Below are positions 1 through 12,644 of a stretch of DNA of 64,000 nt, piece after piece; the first letter of the stretch is position 1; the number at the start of each line of letters is the position of its first letter. The translations under genes and the position numbers were made by a program. The DNA comes from Anthoceros angustus (taxonomy: Eukaryota > Plantae > Anthocerotophyta), in assembly GCA_010909165.1 (NCBI GenBank), contig MU008164.1, forward strand, positions 1,612,001-1,676,000, in the 5' to 3' direction. The notes beneath the pieces were generated by a model, which did no database searches, was not told where the DNA came from, and saw nothing but the letters and a program-made list of their open reading frames with translations.

Positions 1-2
1 CC

Positions 3-1481
3 AGGAATGTTGTGCGAAGTCCTTACTTCCCCGAGCCGGAGGCGACCGATACTGCCGAGCCCTACTACAATGGAGGTGTGAATGGATACCATCGGGTACC
101 TGCTGTTGCGGAGAGGCATGGCAGGGGTCAGAAGCCGCCCGTGGAGACTGCAAGGGTGCCAGTGCGGAAGATAGTTGTAACGGACGGGAAGGATGCCCGG
201 AAGGAGACCCCGAAGGAGACCCGGAAGGAGACTTCACGTGTGAGTGAGGAAGCCAAGAAGCCTCCGAAGAAGTGGTTTGATAATGCGGATGAAGCGGCGA
301 GGTATGTGCAATGCAGGTATCGAGGATATGTGGTGCGGAAGACGCAGCCGTTGAAGCATCTGCGGATTATCAAGGAGGTTGGGGAGAAGTTAAAGCATTT
401 TCAGACGCAAGCGTGTGACCCGGAGTATCTGGAAAAGCTCCGAGAGAACAACATGGAGCGACTGAAGTTCAACGAGATGATTATGCATCAGCTGCTGAAG
501 TTGGACAGTCTTCAAGGAGTGCATCCGGTGGTGCGGGATATGCGGAAGGCAGTTACTCGGGAGTTGGTCAGGCTGCAGGATGTCACCGAGGCCGCCCTTG
601 CTTCCGGCAGGACACCTACTGCTGGTGATCTGAAATTCGTCGAAACTCCAATTAACAGTGCGGATGAAGATGATGCTGCACAAAGTTGTGAAACGGAAGA
701 TGAGATGGCCGTGCAAGAAAACAACGTGGAAGAGGACAGTCTGCCCTTGACTGCGGAGGACGAGGAGGCGGCAGCTGCTGCAGTTGAGAAGATGGAGATT
801 GATGATGAGAAGGGAGGGTTGACAGACCTCACTACCCCTGAGTCCCACGCTCCTGCAGACATTGTTGAAGAACAGCCCATGTTGGAAGTTGCCACTCCGG
901 CTCTCGCTGGTGAAAGATCTGATGCTCTTGCCAATGACGAAGCGGAGAATAGGGCAGGTGCTTTCTCGCATGACGAGAATGAGGAGGATCGGACGTCAGA
1001 TCGAGGGCAACCAGCCAGCGGCCACGAGTTTCTAGGTACTGATGTTGATGCTGAAATGGAGTTGCCTGGTGTGCATAACAGTAGTGCAGAGACTGTCTCC
1101 ACATCCGCAGAGGGGGATGAGGTCCTTGTAGATGCGGAGACGACAGAAGCTTGCACGCTGAGTACGAACCCGAGCTCTGAAGATGTAGAGCCTGATGGTA
1201 GGAAGACAACTCGGGGAGAGTGTGATAGGAAAAGAAAGTTAGAAGATTCTGATGAAGGAGAGGGCAGCACCATTGATATACTTCGGCAGTTGAAGAGGGA
1301 GAACGAGCAGCTGAAGCAGATGTTTGAGCAAATGATGCATCAGCAAGCCACCTCCATCTGCCACTTGAGTGAGAGGTTAGAAAGGCTAGAGGATCATGTC
1401 CGGAGAGGCAAGAAAAAGCCTGCCAGTGGTCGAAAAGTAAATAGCATCCGAAAGTCAAGGACACAGATGGATGAGGACTGA
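3..1481 (+). CDS. BAG-family co-chaperone with IQ calmodulin-binding motif (BAG5/6/8-like), 5'-partial
   Basis: Frame is open to the window edge (track start at 12 is GTG). IQ motif DEAARYVQCRYRGYVVRK is followed by a BAG domain (PLKHLRIIKEV...LLKLDSLQGVHPVVRDMRKAVTRELVRLQD), a long acidic linker, a C-terminal coiled coil (LRQLKRENEQLKQMFEQ...LSERLERLE) and a basic tail. TGA ends at 1481. Confidence 0.9.
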   Translation, partial: RNVVRSPYFPEPEATDTAEPYYNGGVNGYHRVPAVAERHGRGQKPPVETARVPVRKIVVTDGKDARKETPKETRKETSRVSEEAKKPPKKWFDNADEAARYVQCRYRGYVVRKTQPLKHLRIIKEVGEKLKHFQTQACDPEYLEKLRENNMERLKFNEMIMHQLLKLDSLQGVHPVVRDMRKAVTRELVRLQDVTEAALASGRTPTAGDLKFVETPINSADEDDAAQSCETEDEMAVQENNVEEDSLPLTAEDEEAAAAAVEKMEIDDEKGGLTDLTTPESHAPADIVEEQPMLEVATPALAGERSDALANDEAENRAGAFSHDENEEDRTSDRGQPASGHEFLGTDVDAEMELPGVHNSSAETVSTSAEGDEVLVDAETTEACTLSTNPSSEDVEPDGRKTTRGECDRKRKLEDSDEGEGSTIDILRQLKRENEQLKQMFEQMMHQQATSICHLSERLERLEDHVRRGKKKPASGRKVNSIRKSRTQMDED

Positions 1482-2537
1482 TAGATGAGATTCATACAGG
1501 CTTGTTGAGGAATTTTTTCATCACTCCTAATGGAAATCATTTTGTCATATTGTGCACTCTTTGTTGATGCCTGTGTGTGGTCTCTGGCTTCTGTTGTGCA
1601 GAAGGTCTGGGTGCAGGCAGTCGGAAATATCCCTCGCCATCATTGAGCTGTCTTTAAAAAATAATGTTCTACCCAATACTGTTGTAGCGTCCATTGAAGG
1701 GCGCAGGGGAGCCTTCTTTAAGAAAGGGGCTTGTCTTGTTATGTATCCGTGGTAGAAGGGGAGAGCGGGGATCCAGGGTGACAGTGAAGGATCTGAATGA
1801 TATTATCATGTAGGGGTGCTCTGGATTTTCGAAGTCACGTACCTCTGCTGTTGCAACGAGGTCTGTAATAACATGTTCAGAGTGCGTGGTGAAAAAGTGG
1901 CGTGCACTGCCTCGATCCCCGTCAAGTGCCTATTGTAAAGTGAGCCTGCTGTTTCATTTAGAAGTCTCTGAGTGAGAACTAGTCTATAAACTTTTGACAG
2001 AGTTGCAGAACTTTGTCTGAAGCTTAATGGCCTAAGTGCTGGTTAAGAAGTGACTGGTTTAGCTCCAGTATCTTCTCTCTCTTCACGACAGCTTCTGGTG
2101 ATGGTGGGGTATAATGCATTGACTGTACAGGTGGTCCCGGAGTAGAACCAACAGCTGCTGCACCACAACACCCAGTTCTTTCACAATTTTGTCATCACTG
2201 AGCCCTTGGATGTTGTAATTAATCTTCTGGGGTTGAGAACCAGCAAGAGGCTAGATGCGACGGGTATTGCAGATGCATTGTTTAACACCCGAGGAGCGGG
2301 TTGGTCTTAGTTCCACCTGCACCTGTAGCCAAGCTGGGAGTGTCCACCTCTCTACCGTATATTACAGTAGAAATCGAAACCATAATGAGCAATCTTTCAC
2401 TTGCATAACTAAGCTAACCTCTGCCACTCCGAACGTCCGAGGAGGTGTGGCATTCCCTGCCTCGAAACATGCCAAGAAAGACTCCATGGATGGGTGGATC
2501 TCACGGCCTGAAAGTTCGAAGTCCTTCAAGCTAGAAG

Positions 2538-3165
2538 TGTAAACTCAGCCGGAGTTTTAAGGTTACAGCCGGAAGGAAGCGAGTGACAAGAAACTTGTAC
2601 CCCGTACTATTTTCTTGTCTTTGTCCAGAATAAAACCTCCCCGGTAGTAACAAGCCTTGCATAAGAAGCATGCAGCCCTGGATCTAGTTAGTAAATTATA
2701 AGCAGTGGTGGTAAGACTTAGCTTAGGGCTTAAGGAAGAAAGTGTGCTTTAAGCAGTTACTTTGGAAATGATGTAAGCCTCCCTATATAAGGAGATGAGG
2801 CTAGCCCTACAGAAGCATCTTGTGATCCTAGCATGGGGAGCTACACTCTTGAGGATAGGACTTTGGTGCCTAGAGGCTTTGGGAGCCTAGAGTGTGAGCG
2901 TGCTAGAGGAGAGCTGTTGAGGAGGAGATCGAGGGAGAGAGCTAAGCTCCTAGCTTAGGCAAAGATGGGAGCTCTCTCGATCTCTCATGTATTCTTGTTG
3001 ACTCTTGCTGGAATAAATAGCAGCGGCAGATGTGCTGTCTAGGAGTCTTCCCGTGGAAGGACGGCGGGCTACTTGGAGGCCTAGTGCTACCTAGTGCTAG
3101 TGTCTGGTGATGTTTTTGTCGCTAACTGCGTGACTGTTCCACCTCTCAAAAAAGGGGGTGTTACT
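2538..3165 (+). mobile_element. Degenerate solo-LTR-like sequence
   Basis: Starts TGTAAAC and ends GGGGGTGTTAC(T). Internal TATA (CCTATATAAGG, ~2782) precedes AATAAA (~3012). No matching TSD found. Confidence 0.55.
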
Positions 3166-3210
3166 CCGGTTCTGAACGGCAAGTACGGGAGAGGGGCCGG
3201 AGAGAATTTG

Positions 3211-3981
3211 TGTAAAGGCCACTAGTAAAATAAAAGCCGGTAAAGTAAAATATTTAATGGTAAGTCATAGTAAAAATAAATGATTAATGGTGAAAGATAG
3301 GTCATAATAATTAGTGGTAAATCAGAGGTAATTAAGTTGGGATAAGCCTTAGCCCTTCAGTGGTCCAAGAGGTACTAGGAGTGGCGGTGAATCTAGGTTG
3401 CCATGGCTCCCAGAAAGCATCCAAACGTTCAGCAACAACTATTACCTCTTGTAGACTACGTCTTTGCGAAATGGCCTCTACCATTTGTCGGGGCATGCTC
3501 CCCTCGTAGCCCGCGAATAAACCTATCCATCTTTTCCCCCTCGGACATGTCGAAAATGGCCATGACCAAATGGATTTCCCGTCAATGATGCTACTTGGGA
3601 GCCCCTTGCGCATCTTCGCAAGTGCTCGGCCATTCTCGTGTGTACATTCGCTTCCATTCTCGTGTGTACATTCGCTTCCGTTAGTCTATGAGGACGAAGA
3701 CTTTTCTTCCCCCAAGCATTGTAAAGATCACTGGTAAAGTAAAAGCCAATAAAGTAAAATATTTAATAATAAATCATAGTAAAACTAGATGGTTAATAAT
3801 GAGAGGTAGATCATAGCAATTAGTGGTAAATCAGAGGTAATTAAGTTGAGATAAGCCTTAGTTAGCTCTTCAATAGTAGTCCAGAAGGTACAAAGATTGG
3901 TGCTGGATCATCGACAAGTCGGTAGTATAAATTCCAGCATTATAATAGAGCCAACACAGTTCCCTGGGTGAGCGTGTTACA
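3211..3981 (+). mobile_element. Internally deleted Ty3/Gypsy (chromovirus-like) LTR element with 5-bp TSD
   Basis: ATTTG flanks both ends (3206-3210 and 3982-3986). Termini are TGTAAA...TGTTACA. Diverged direct repeats at 3211-~3395 and 3720-~3905 are the LTRs. Internal KW..NDATWEPLAHL is a chromodomain-like fragment just before the 3' LTR. Confidence 0.8.
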
Positions 3982-4399
3982 ATTTGTCCGTACTAGCTGG
4001 CCTTTTAACTATTAGTGTTGTAATGCAGAGCTATCCATAACCACATTTGGATCTAAAGTCCATTTTGCATGTACATAACATACTAATAGCTTAGCTTTTG
4101 GTTTGGTTTTTTATTTGTTAGAGATTTAACGTGAGTGAAACTTGTTACTTTTTGTTTGCAAGCTCTTCGTAGCTTTTTGAGTTTCCTTGGAAGTTTTGTG
4201 AAGATCGCAAAGAGATTCATCACACTTATTTCAAGATGTGAAAGGCAATATTTGGATTCAAAATCATCAATCCTTTGCAATTCAAATGTAATAAAAGTAT
4301 TATATTATATTTATATCATAAAAATTACCATAATTCTTTAACCCAATAAATCATATAACATAAGTTACCATCATTTCTAAGGGTTATTTCACTGATCGT

Positions 4400-4790
4400 A
4401 CACGAGACACCATCTCCGCTCAGGTCATCACTAATTGTCAAGGTTGGGCTGCTACCGGAGCAGCGGCTCTCAAGATGCGGCAAGTGGGCCACCTCTTTAT
4501 TCCACTTGCACTAGAAACGTATGGGGCAATGGCTGAGGACTTCGACAAATTTGTCAAGTCCTGTGCCAAAGCCTACCATGCGCGCAGACGCGATGCGGGG
4601 CTATCCCTCCCGTACTTCATAGCATACTTCCGACAACGGATTTCAATTACCCTTCAACGAGCGCTCTCAACGGCGATCCTCCCCTTCAACGAGCGCTCTC
4701 AACGGCGACGCTCTCAACGGCGATCCTCCACAAGGCGACGACAGTAGGTGACACATCTTCCTGCATATCACATTGTGGGTGCAGTAGGTG
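4400..4790 (+). mobile_element. 3' remnant of a CRE-like non-LTR retrotransposon (restriction-like endonuclease C-terminus)
   Basis: GHLFIPLALETYGAMAEDFDKFVKSCA...YFRQRISITLQRALSTAIL matches the F-x-P-x-A-x-E-T-x-G...QR-x-S-x-x-x-QR tail pattern of CRE-clade RLE elements. A second, more indel-rich copy is at ~10440-10800. Confidence 0.7.
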
Positions 4791-4962
4791 ACTTTAGGTA
4801 GGGAGCTCAATCTCCCCTTAGTCCCCTTTGGTTGTCCCTCGTAGATGGGCTTTTCCCATCGTTTTTTCACCTCAATACAATCTTTCCTTGCAATATACAA
4901 GTTGCTTTCCTTTGCTACAAAAAGAACCATACAGCTGACAAAAATGGTCTACATCCACCACC

Positions 4963-5573
4963 TCAGTCAAACAAACTGAAGCCCATGTCGTCATCGCTCT
5001 CTTCTTTGGGCTCCTCCTGTACGACACCAGAAAAGGAGCAAGTCAGAGAAGGGAGCCGCACAGGAAGCACAAGGATTACGTTCATTCACCTCGAGGAACC
5101 ACTACCATACCTTTTTCTCTTCAACAACTTCTGCGGCAGGTGCAGCACCGCCGGCAGCGGGGGCAGCTCCTCCGCTAACAGCAACGGCGCCTCCTCCTCC
5201 ACCTGCACCATGGAAAAGCCGGAATTTCATCCTGGATTACAACGTGCTTGACATCACATCATCCCACGACGAAGGAAGAACACAACGGAACGTACCGGAT
5301 CCAACATTGGTGATCAAATCTTCCACACTTCTCTTCTCCAGCAGCTTGGCGAACAGGGCCGGCCAGAAGGGCTCGACTTGCACCTTGGCTGCCTTCACTA
5401 GGGTTGCGATTTTATCGGCCTGCAAAGTCATCCACTGTTTTCGTCAGTCGTCCATCGAAGTCATGCTGAGGCAGCCATGGGCAGACCGAAGAAGTAGTGC
5501 TTACCGTGATGGCAATGCCGTCATCGTGCAGAATCAAAGCTGCGTATGTGCAAGCAAGCTCGCTGGACGACAT
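4963..5573 (-). CDS. RPLP1: 60S acidic ribosomal protein P1 (4 exons: 5573-5505, 5419-5296, 5202-5111, 5016-4963)
   Basis: Spliced GT-AG model gives [112 protein letters not shown], ending in the canonical P-protein C-terminus. Confidence 0.97.
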
Positions 5574-5645
5574 GGTCGCTCTTCGTGCGAAATGAACAAA
5601 TCCGGCAACAAAAATCGCAATGAGCAAGCAGGACAGCGCGGAACC

Positions 5646-5730
5646 TAGAACGCAAATGATACAAAACTGGAACTATGTACATACAGGTAGCAGGATTCGT
5701 TTAGGGTAATATAAACGCTAACTGAACCCA
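5646..5730 (-). promoter_or_regulatory. Putative RPLP1 5'-UTR intron containing a telo-box-like motif
   Basis: Minus-strand donor-like GAAAC|GTGGGT (~5730) and acceptor TTCTAG (~5646). TTACCCTAAAC at ~5698-5708 is one mismatch from the telo-box typical of ribosomal protein genes. Confidence 0.4.
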
Positions 5731-5869
5731 CGTTTCCTTCCTGTCTGTTTTTTGTCTTTTCTCAAGCGCAAGGAGGTGCTGGGGCTGATAAAACAAGCAT
5801 GAACCCTGAACAGCATATTGGCAGGAACATAGGCACAATCCAGCCTTCGAGCCATCAGATTAGCCTGGA

Positions 5870-6450
5870 GATTTGTCAAACTGTAGGAAAGAAAGTTGGG
5901 TTGTCGAAGAGCAGGACAAGTAGCCCAAGGATCTTCCAGAGACAGCCAGCTATCACGAAGGTGCCAAGCTCTGCACTTGGGCAGGGATCACTGGTGCCCT
6001 TTCCTGTCAGTATCACTTCCAACGAAGTTAAAATCGCCCACCAGCATGCTTGGAAGTCGCAAAAGGATTGTTGGAGGGACTTGGCCATCACATCTTTACA
6101 GGTGCACTATGGAATCGTGATCCTCAATGGGACTGTCGTACAGTCCTATTGTATCCTGACCACTTGGTGCTCGGTGAAATGCTCAGCCACCATACATTGC
6201 CCTTCTGAAACGGAAGTAGGATTCTTTCAAGCTCGAGCCCCTTCATTTGCATGCATGCTTGGAAGATGCGGAAATGGATTGTTTGACGAACCTACTTGCA
6301 AGTCTCCACATTTTACACACCATGGCCACTTGTCGCTGGAATCTGAGAAGCAATGCAACGACTTTTCACTATCCCCTTGCTGGCTGTGTAATTTCTGCAA
6401 TCGATGCATTAAATACCTGCTGAGCATCCTGCTCCTGGAAATTTGTAAGA
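5870..6450 (-). mobile_element. Degenerate L1-type LINE AP-endonuclease remnant (re-copied at ~7460-8030, 9830-10090, 11770-12030, 12950-13500)
   Basis: Minus frame reads MLVGDFNFVGSDTDRKG...AWHLRDSWLSL, matching the APE GDFN and L-x-D-x-W motifs, interrupted by stops. Confidence 0.55.
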
Positions 6451-6966
6451 CCAAGCCTACACCATCCTTGATGGGCAACCTTAACAAGATCTCTGATCCA
6501 CCAAAACTAGGACATGACTGCCTCAGAAAGGGGACAGGGTAGCGCTGAAATGTGACTTCATCCTGGGGATACCAGCTGGCTGGTTTCGATCCCACGTTGG
6601 TAGGAGCAGGGCCTGATTCCCGGAGGACAGTCTAGAGCTCGGGCGTGACGGTCGGCCACGACGAAAACATGGCCTCCAGCGACTCCTCAAAACGCCTCGT
6701 GTGTTGGCACCCTGGTGTCGTTGCCAGCAGCCTCTCTTGTCGGCATTGGATGGGTTGCCAACGCAATCGGTGTAGGCGAAAGCCCAAGTGCTTGGCTTTA
6801 GCAAGCTTTAGAAAACACACAAAAGGCTGTGGTGCCATGGAATATTATGCCCTTATAGCTGGGCATGCACCTCAAAGACTACTCGGCCAAGAGGCGCCTG
6901 TTCTGCATGGACAAAGGAGGAGCCTGCATTTTGGCTATTGGGCCACGCCAGAAACCTAGCCTCGTC

Positions 6967-9900
6967 TTCCACCTTGGCTGCCTTCACTAGGGTTGCGATT
7001 TTATCGGCCTGCAAAGTCATCCACTGTTTTCGTCAGTCGTCCATCGAAGTCATGCTGAGGCAGCCATGGGCAGACCGAAGAAGTAGTGCTTACCGTGATG
7101 GCAATGCCGTCATCGTGCAGAATCAAAGCTGCGTATGTGCAAGCAAGCTCGCTGGACGACATGGTCGCTCTTCGTGCGAAATGAACAAATCCGGCAACAA
7201 AAATCGCAATGAGCAAGCAGGACAGCGCGGAACCTAGAACGCAAATGATACAAAACTGGAACTATGTACATACAGGTAGCAGGATTCGTTTAGGGTAATA
7301 TAAACGCTAACTGAACCCACGTTTCCTTCCTGTCTGTTTTTGTCTTTTCTCAAGCGCAAGGAGGTGCTGGGGCTGATAAAACAAGCATGAACCCTGAACA
7401 GCATATTGGCAGGAACATAGGCACAATCCAGCCTTCGAGCCATCAGATTAGCCTGGAGATTTGTCAAACTGTAGGAAAGAAAGTTGGGTTGTCGAAGAGC
7501 AGGACAAGTAGCCCAAGGATCTTCCAGAGACAGCCAGCTATCACGAAGGTGCCAAGCTCTGCACTTGGGCAGGGATCACTGGTGCCCTTTCCTGTCAGTA
7601 TCACTTCCAACGAAGTTAAAATCGCCCACCAGCATGCTTGGAAGTCGCAAAAGGATTGTTGGAGGGACTTGGCCATCACATCTTTACAGGTGCACTATGG
7701 AATCGTGATCCTCAATGGGACTGTCGTACAGTCCTATTGTATCCTGACCACTTGGTGCTCGGTGAAATGCTCAGCCACCATACATTGCCCTTCTGAAACG
7801 GAAGTAGGATTCTTTCAAGCTCGAGCCCCTTCATTTGCATGCATGCTTGGAAGATGCGGAAATGGATTGTTTGACGAACCTACTTGCAAGTCTCCACATT
7901 TTACACACCATGGCCACTTGTCGCTGGAATCTGAGAAGCAATGCAACGACTTTTCACTATCCCCTTGCTGGCTGTGTAATTTCTGCAATCGATGCATTAA
8001 ATACCTGCTGAGCATCCTGCTCCTGGAAATTTGTAAGACCAAGCCTACACCATCCTTGATGGGCAAACACTTAACAAGATCTCTGATCCACCAAAACTAG
8101 GACATGACTGCCTCAGAAAAGGGGACAGGGTAGCGCTGAAATGTGACTTCATCTCTGGGGATACCAGCTGGCTAAGGTTTCGATCCCACGTTGGTAGGAG
8201 CAGCAAGGCCTGATTCCCGGAGGACAGTCTAGAGCTCGGGCGTGACGGTCGGCCACGACGAAAACATGGCCTCCAGCGACTCCTCAAAACGCCTCGTGTG
8301 TTGGCACCCTGGTGTCGTTGCCAGCAGCCTCTCTTGTCGGCATTGGATGGGTTGCCAACGCAATCGGTGTAGGCGAAAGCCCAAGTGCTTGGCTTTAGCA
8401 AGCTTTAGAAACACACAAAAGGCTGTGGTGCCATGGAATATTATGCCCTTATAGCTGGGCATGCACCTCAAAGACTACTCGGCCAAGAGGCGCCTGTTCT
8501 GCATGGACAAAGGAGCAAGAGGGCCTGCATTTTGGCTATTGGGCCACGCCGTCAGAAACCTAGCCTCGTCTTCCACTGCACCACGTCCTGATGTCCATCT
8601 TCTGCGCTGCTACAAAAGAACCATACAGCTGACAAAATGGTCTACATCCACCACCTCAGTCAAACAAACTGAAGCCCATGTCGTCATCGCTCTCTTCTTT
8701 GGGCTCCTCCTGTACGACACCAGAAAAGGAGCAAGTCAGAGAAGGAGCCGCACAGGAAGCACAAGGATTACGTTCATTCACCTCGAGGAACCACTACCAT
8801 ACCTTTTTCTCTTCAACAACTTCTGCGGCAGGTGCAGCTCCTCGAAAAGAGCAGGTAGCTCATAGGGAGCGGAGGGCTTAGACAGTTGTAGAACCGAAAC
8901 TGAGGCACGGATCAGCTTTCAGGAACTGTAAAGAGCTCGGGTTTCAGACAAAAGTGACACAACACCTGACCTTAGCATCCGGGGTAGCTTGGCAAGTCAG
9001 AAGGGAGCCGCACAGGAAGCACAAGGATTACGTTCATTCACCTCGAGGAACCACTACCATACCTTTTTCTCTTCAACAACTTCTGCAGGTGCAGCACCGC
9101 CGGCAGCAGGGGCAGCTCCTCCACTAACAGCAACGGCGCCTCCTCCTCCACCTGCACCATGGAAAAGCCGGAATTTCATCCTGGATTACAACGTGCTTGA
9201 CATCACATCATCCACGACGAAGGAAGAACACAACGGAACGTACCGGATCCAACATTGGTGATCAAATCTTCACACTTCTCTTCTCAGCAGCTTGGCGAAC
9301 AGGGGGGCCAGCCAGAAGGGCTCGACTTGCACCTTGGCTGCCTTCACTAGGGTTGCGATTTTATCGGCCTGCAAAGTCATCCACTGTTTTCGTCAGTCGT
9401 CCATCGAAGTCATGCTGAGGCAGCCATGGGCAGACCGAAGTAGTGCTTACCGTGATGGCAATGCCGTCATCGTGCAGAATCAAAGCTGCGTATGTGCAAG
9501 CAAGCTCGCTGGACGACATGGTCGCTCTTCGTGCGAAATGAACAAATCCGGCAACAAAAATCGCAATGAGCAAGCAGGACAGCGCGGAACCTAGAACGCA
9601 AATGATACAAAACTGGAACTATGTACATACAGGTAGCAGGATTCGTTTAGGGTAATATAAACGCTAACTGAACCCACGTTTCCTTCCTGTCTGTTTTTGT
9701 CTTTTCTCAAGCGCAAGGAGGTGCTGGGGCTGATAAAACAAGCATGAACCCTGAACAGCATATTGGCAGGAACATAGGCACAATCCAGCCTTCGAGCCAT
9801 CAGATTAGCCTGGAGATTTGTCAAACTGTAGAAAGAAAGTTGGGTTGTCGAAGAGCAGGACAAGTAGCCCAAGGATCTTCCAGAGACAGCCAGCTATCAC

Positions 9901-12644
9901 GAAGGTGCCAAGCTCTGCACTTGGGCAGGGATCACTGGTGCCCTTTCCTGTCAGTATCACTTCCAACGAAGTTAAAATCGCCCACCAGCATGCTTGGAAG
10001 TCGCAAAAGGATTGTTGGAGGGACTTGGCCATCACATCTTTACAGGTGCACTATGGAATCGTGATCCTCAATGGGACTGTCGTACAGTTTGACAGCTATG
10101 AGATATGATCCTTATTAGCTGCAGAGCGTTTCTTTGATGAATTTGTTCTAGTACGTATGTACATTCCATGTAATTTAGAGGACCCCAAGGCCCTCATCAT
10201 ATATCACAAGGATCGGGGACCAAGCTTTAGAACATTTCAACAAAAGTTTTGTGAAGATCGCAAAGAGATTCATCACACTTATTTCAAGATGTGAAGGCAA
10301 TATTTGGATTCAAAATCATCAATCCTTGCAATTCAAATGTAATAAAAGTATTATATTATATTTATATCATAAAATTACCATAATTCTTTAACCCAATAAA
10401 TCATATAACATAAGTTACCATCATTTCTAAGGGTTATTTCACTGATCGTACACGAGACACCATCTCCGCTCAGGTCATCACTAATTGTCAAGGTTGGGCA
10501 GGGCGGTCTCAAGACAAGTGGGCCACCTCTTTATTCCACTTGCACTAGAAAGCGTATGGGGCAATGGCTGAGGACTTGACAAATTTGTCAAGTCTGTGCC
10601 AAGCCTACCATCTTGTATGAGCGATGCGGGCTATCCCTCCGTGCTTCATAGCATACTTCCGACAGCGGATTTCAATTACCCTTCAGCGAGCTCTCAGCGG
10701 CGATCCTCCCTTCAACGAGCGCTCTCAGCGGCGCTCTCAGCGGCGATCCTCCACAAGGCGGCGGTGGGTGACACATCTTCCTGCATATCACATTGTGGGT
10801 GCAGTAGGTGACTTTAGGTAGGAGCTCAATCTCCCTTAGTCCCTTTGGTTGTCCCTCGTAGATGGGCTTTTCCCATCGTTTTTCACCTCAATACAATCTT
10901 TCCTTGCAATATACAAGTTGCTTTCCTTTGCTACAAAAAGAACCATACAGCTGACAAAAATGGTCTACATCCACCACCTCAGTCAAACAAACTGAAGCCC
11001 ATGTCGTCATCGCTCTCTTCTTTGGGCTCCTCCTGTACGACACCAGAAAAGGAGCAAGTCAGAGAAGGGAGCCGCACAGGAAGCACAAGGATTACGTTCA
11101 TTCACCTCGAGGAACCACTACCATACCTTTTTCTCTTCAACAACTTCTGCGGCAGGTGCAGCACCGCCGGCAGCGGGGCAACTCCTCCGCTAACAGCAAC
11201 GGCGCCTCCTCCTCCACCTGCACCATGGAAAAGCCGGAATTTCATCCTGGATTACAACGTGCTTGACATCACATCATCCCACGACGAAGGAAGAACACAA
11301 CGGAACGTACCGGATCCAACATTGGTGATCAAATCTTCCACACTTCTCTTCTCCAGCAGCTTGGCAAGTCAGGGCAAACTTGCAGATCCTTACTTGTCCA
11401 CTCCTGATCCTCTGCATCCAGCTACCCGCTGGTTGGTCACAATAAAAAGGTAAAAATCTCGACGCCTGCCTGGCCTGTCCATTGTGACCGTGTGCCTCGA
11501 TCATGGAAGAAAAAGCATTGGGAGCAGCCCTACATTTAAGTCATGCAATGCATCCTCCAACCTACAATGGGGTAGAGCAGCATACCTGAGTTCAGAAGCG
11601 GAGATCCGTAGTGATGAACTGATCAAAGTTGATGCAGTGAATAGCTGAAGCCTGAAGGAGCCTTAGGGTTTCAGAGGAGCAGCGACAACAAGGCTGGTGG
11701 ATAGGTGGCAGGAACATAGGCACAATCCAGCCTTCGAGCCATCAGATTAGCCTGGAGATTTGTCAAACTGTAGAAAGAAAGTTGGGTTGTCGAAGAGCAG
11801 GACAAGTAGCCCAAGGATCTTCCAGAGACAGCCAGCTATCACGAAGGTGCCAAGCTCTGCACTTGGGCAGGGATCACTGGTGCCCTTTCCTGTCAGTATC
11901 ACTTCCAACGAAGTTAAAATCGCCCACCAGCATGCTTGGAAGTCGCAAAAGGATTGTTGGAGGACTTGGCCATCACATCTTTACAGGTGCACTATGGAAT
12001 CGTGATCCTCAATGGGACTGTCGTACAGTTTGACAGCTATGAGATATGATCCTTATTAGCTGCAGAGCGTTTCTTTGATGAATTTGTTCTAGTACGTATG
12101 TACATTCCATGTAATTTAGAGGACCCCAAGGCCCTCATCATATATCACAAGGATTACGTTCATTCACCTCGAGGAACCACTACCATACCTTTTTCTCTTC
12201 AACAACTTCTGCGGCAGGTGCAGCACCGCCGGCAGCGGGGCAACTCCTCCGCTAACAGCAACGGCGCCTCCTCCTCCACCTGCACCATGGAAAAGCCGGA
12301 ATTTCATCCTGGATTACAACGTGCTTGACATCACATCATCCCACGACGAAGGAAGAACACAACGGAACGTACCGGATCCAACATTGGTGATCAAATCTTC
12401 CACACTTCTCTCCAGCAGCTTGGCGAACAGGGCCGGCCAGAAGGGCTCGACTTGCACCTTGGCTGCCTTCACTAGGGTTGCGATTTTATCGGCCTGCAAA
12501 GTCATCCACTGTTTTCGTCAGTCGTCCATCGAAGTCATGCTGAGGCAGCCATGGGCAGACCGAAGTAGTGCTTACCGTGATGGCAATGCCGTCATCGTGC
12601 AGAATCAAAGCTGCGTATGTGCAAGCAAGCTCGCTGGACGACAT
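6967..12644 (-). repeat. RPLP1: Four additional partial or interrupted RPLP1 copies (6967-7162, 8656-9519, 10979-11360, 12150-12644)
   Basis: Near-identical to 4963-5573 apart from small indels. Each copy is truncated or interrupted at a mosaic junction. May be assembly duplicates. Confidence 0.85.

Noticed and set aside
1904-1914. TGCACTGCCTC, resembling the start of miR408
   Set aside because: Only 11 nt match and there is no complementary arm.
3108-3165. Possible PBS-PPT arrangement of a Cassandra/TRIM element
   Set aside because: No 5S rRNA-like sequence and no second LTR. GGGGTGTTAC fits better as the end of the solo LTR.
4597-4617. GGGGCTATCCCTCCCGTACTT, a 17/21 match to a miR390 (TAS3-type) target site
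   Set aside because: Three mismatches fall at miRNA positions 4, 5 and 7, and the site lies inside a retroelement remnant with no second site or tasiARF sequence.
5799-6542. 247-aa plus-strand ORF recurring in several copies
   Set aside because: It is the antisense of the LINE endonuclease remnant and recurs only because the block is re-copied.
6227-6595. WCVKCGDLQVG read as a PPR KCG motif
   Set aside because: It sits within the stretch better explained by the APE endonuclease frame, and a single short motif is not sufficient.
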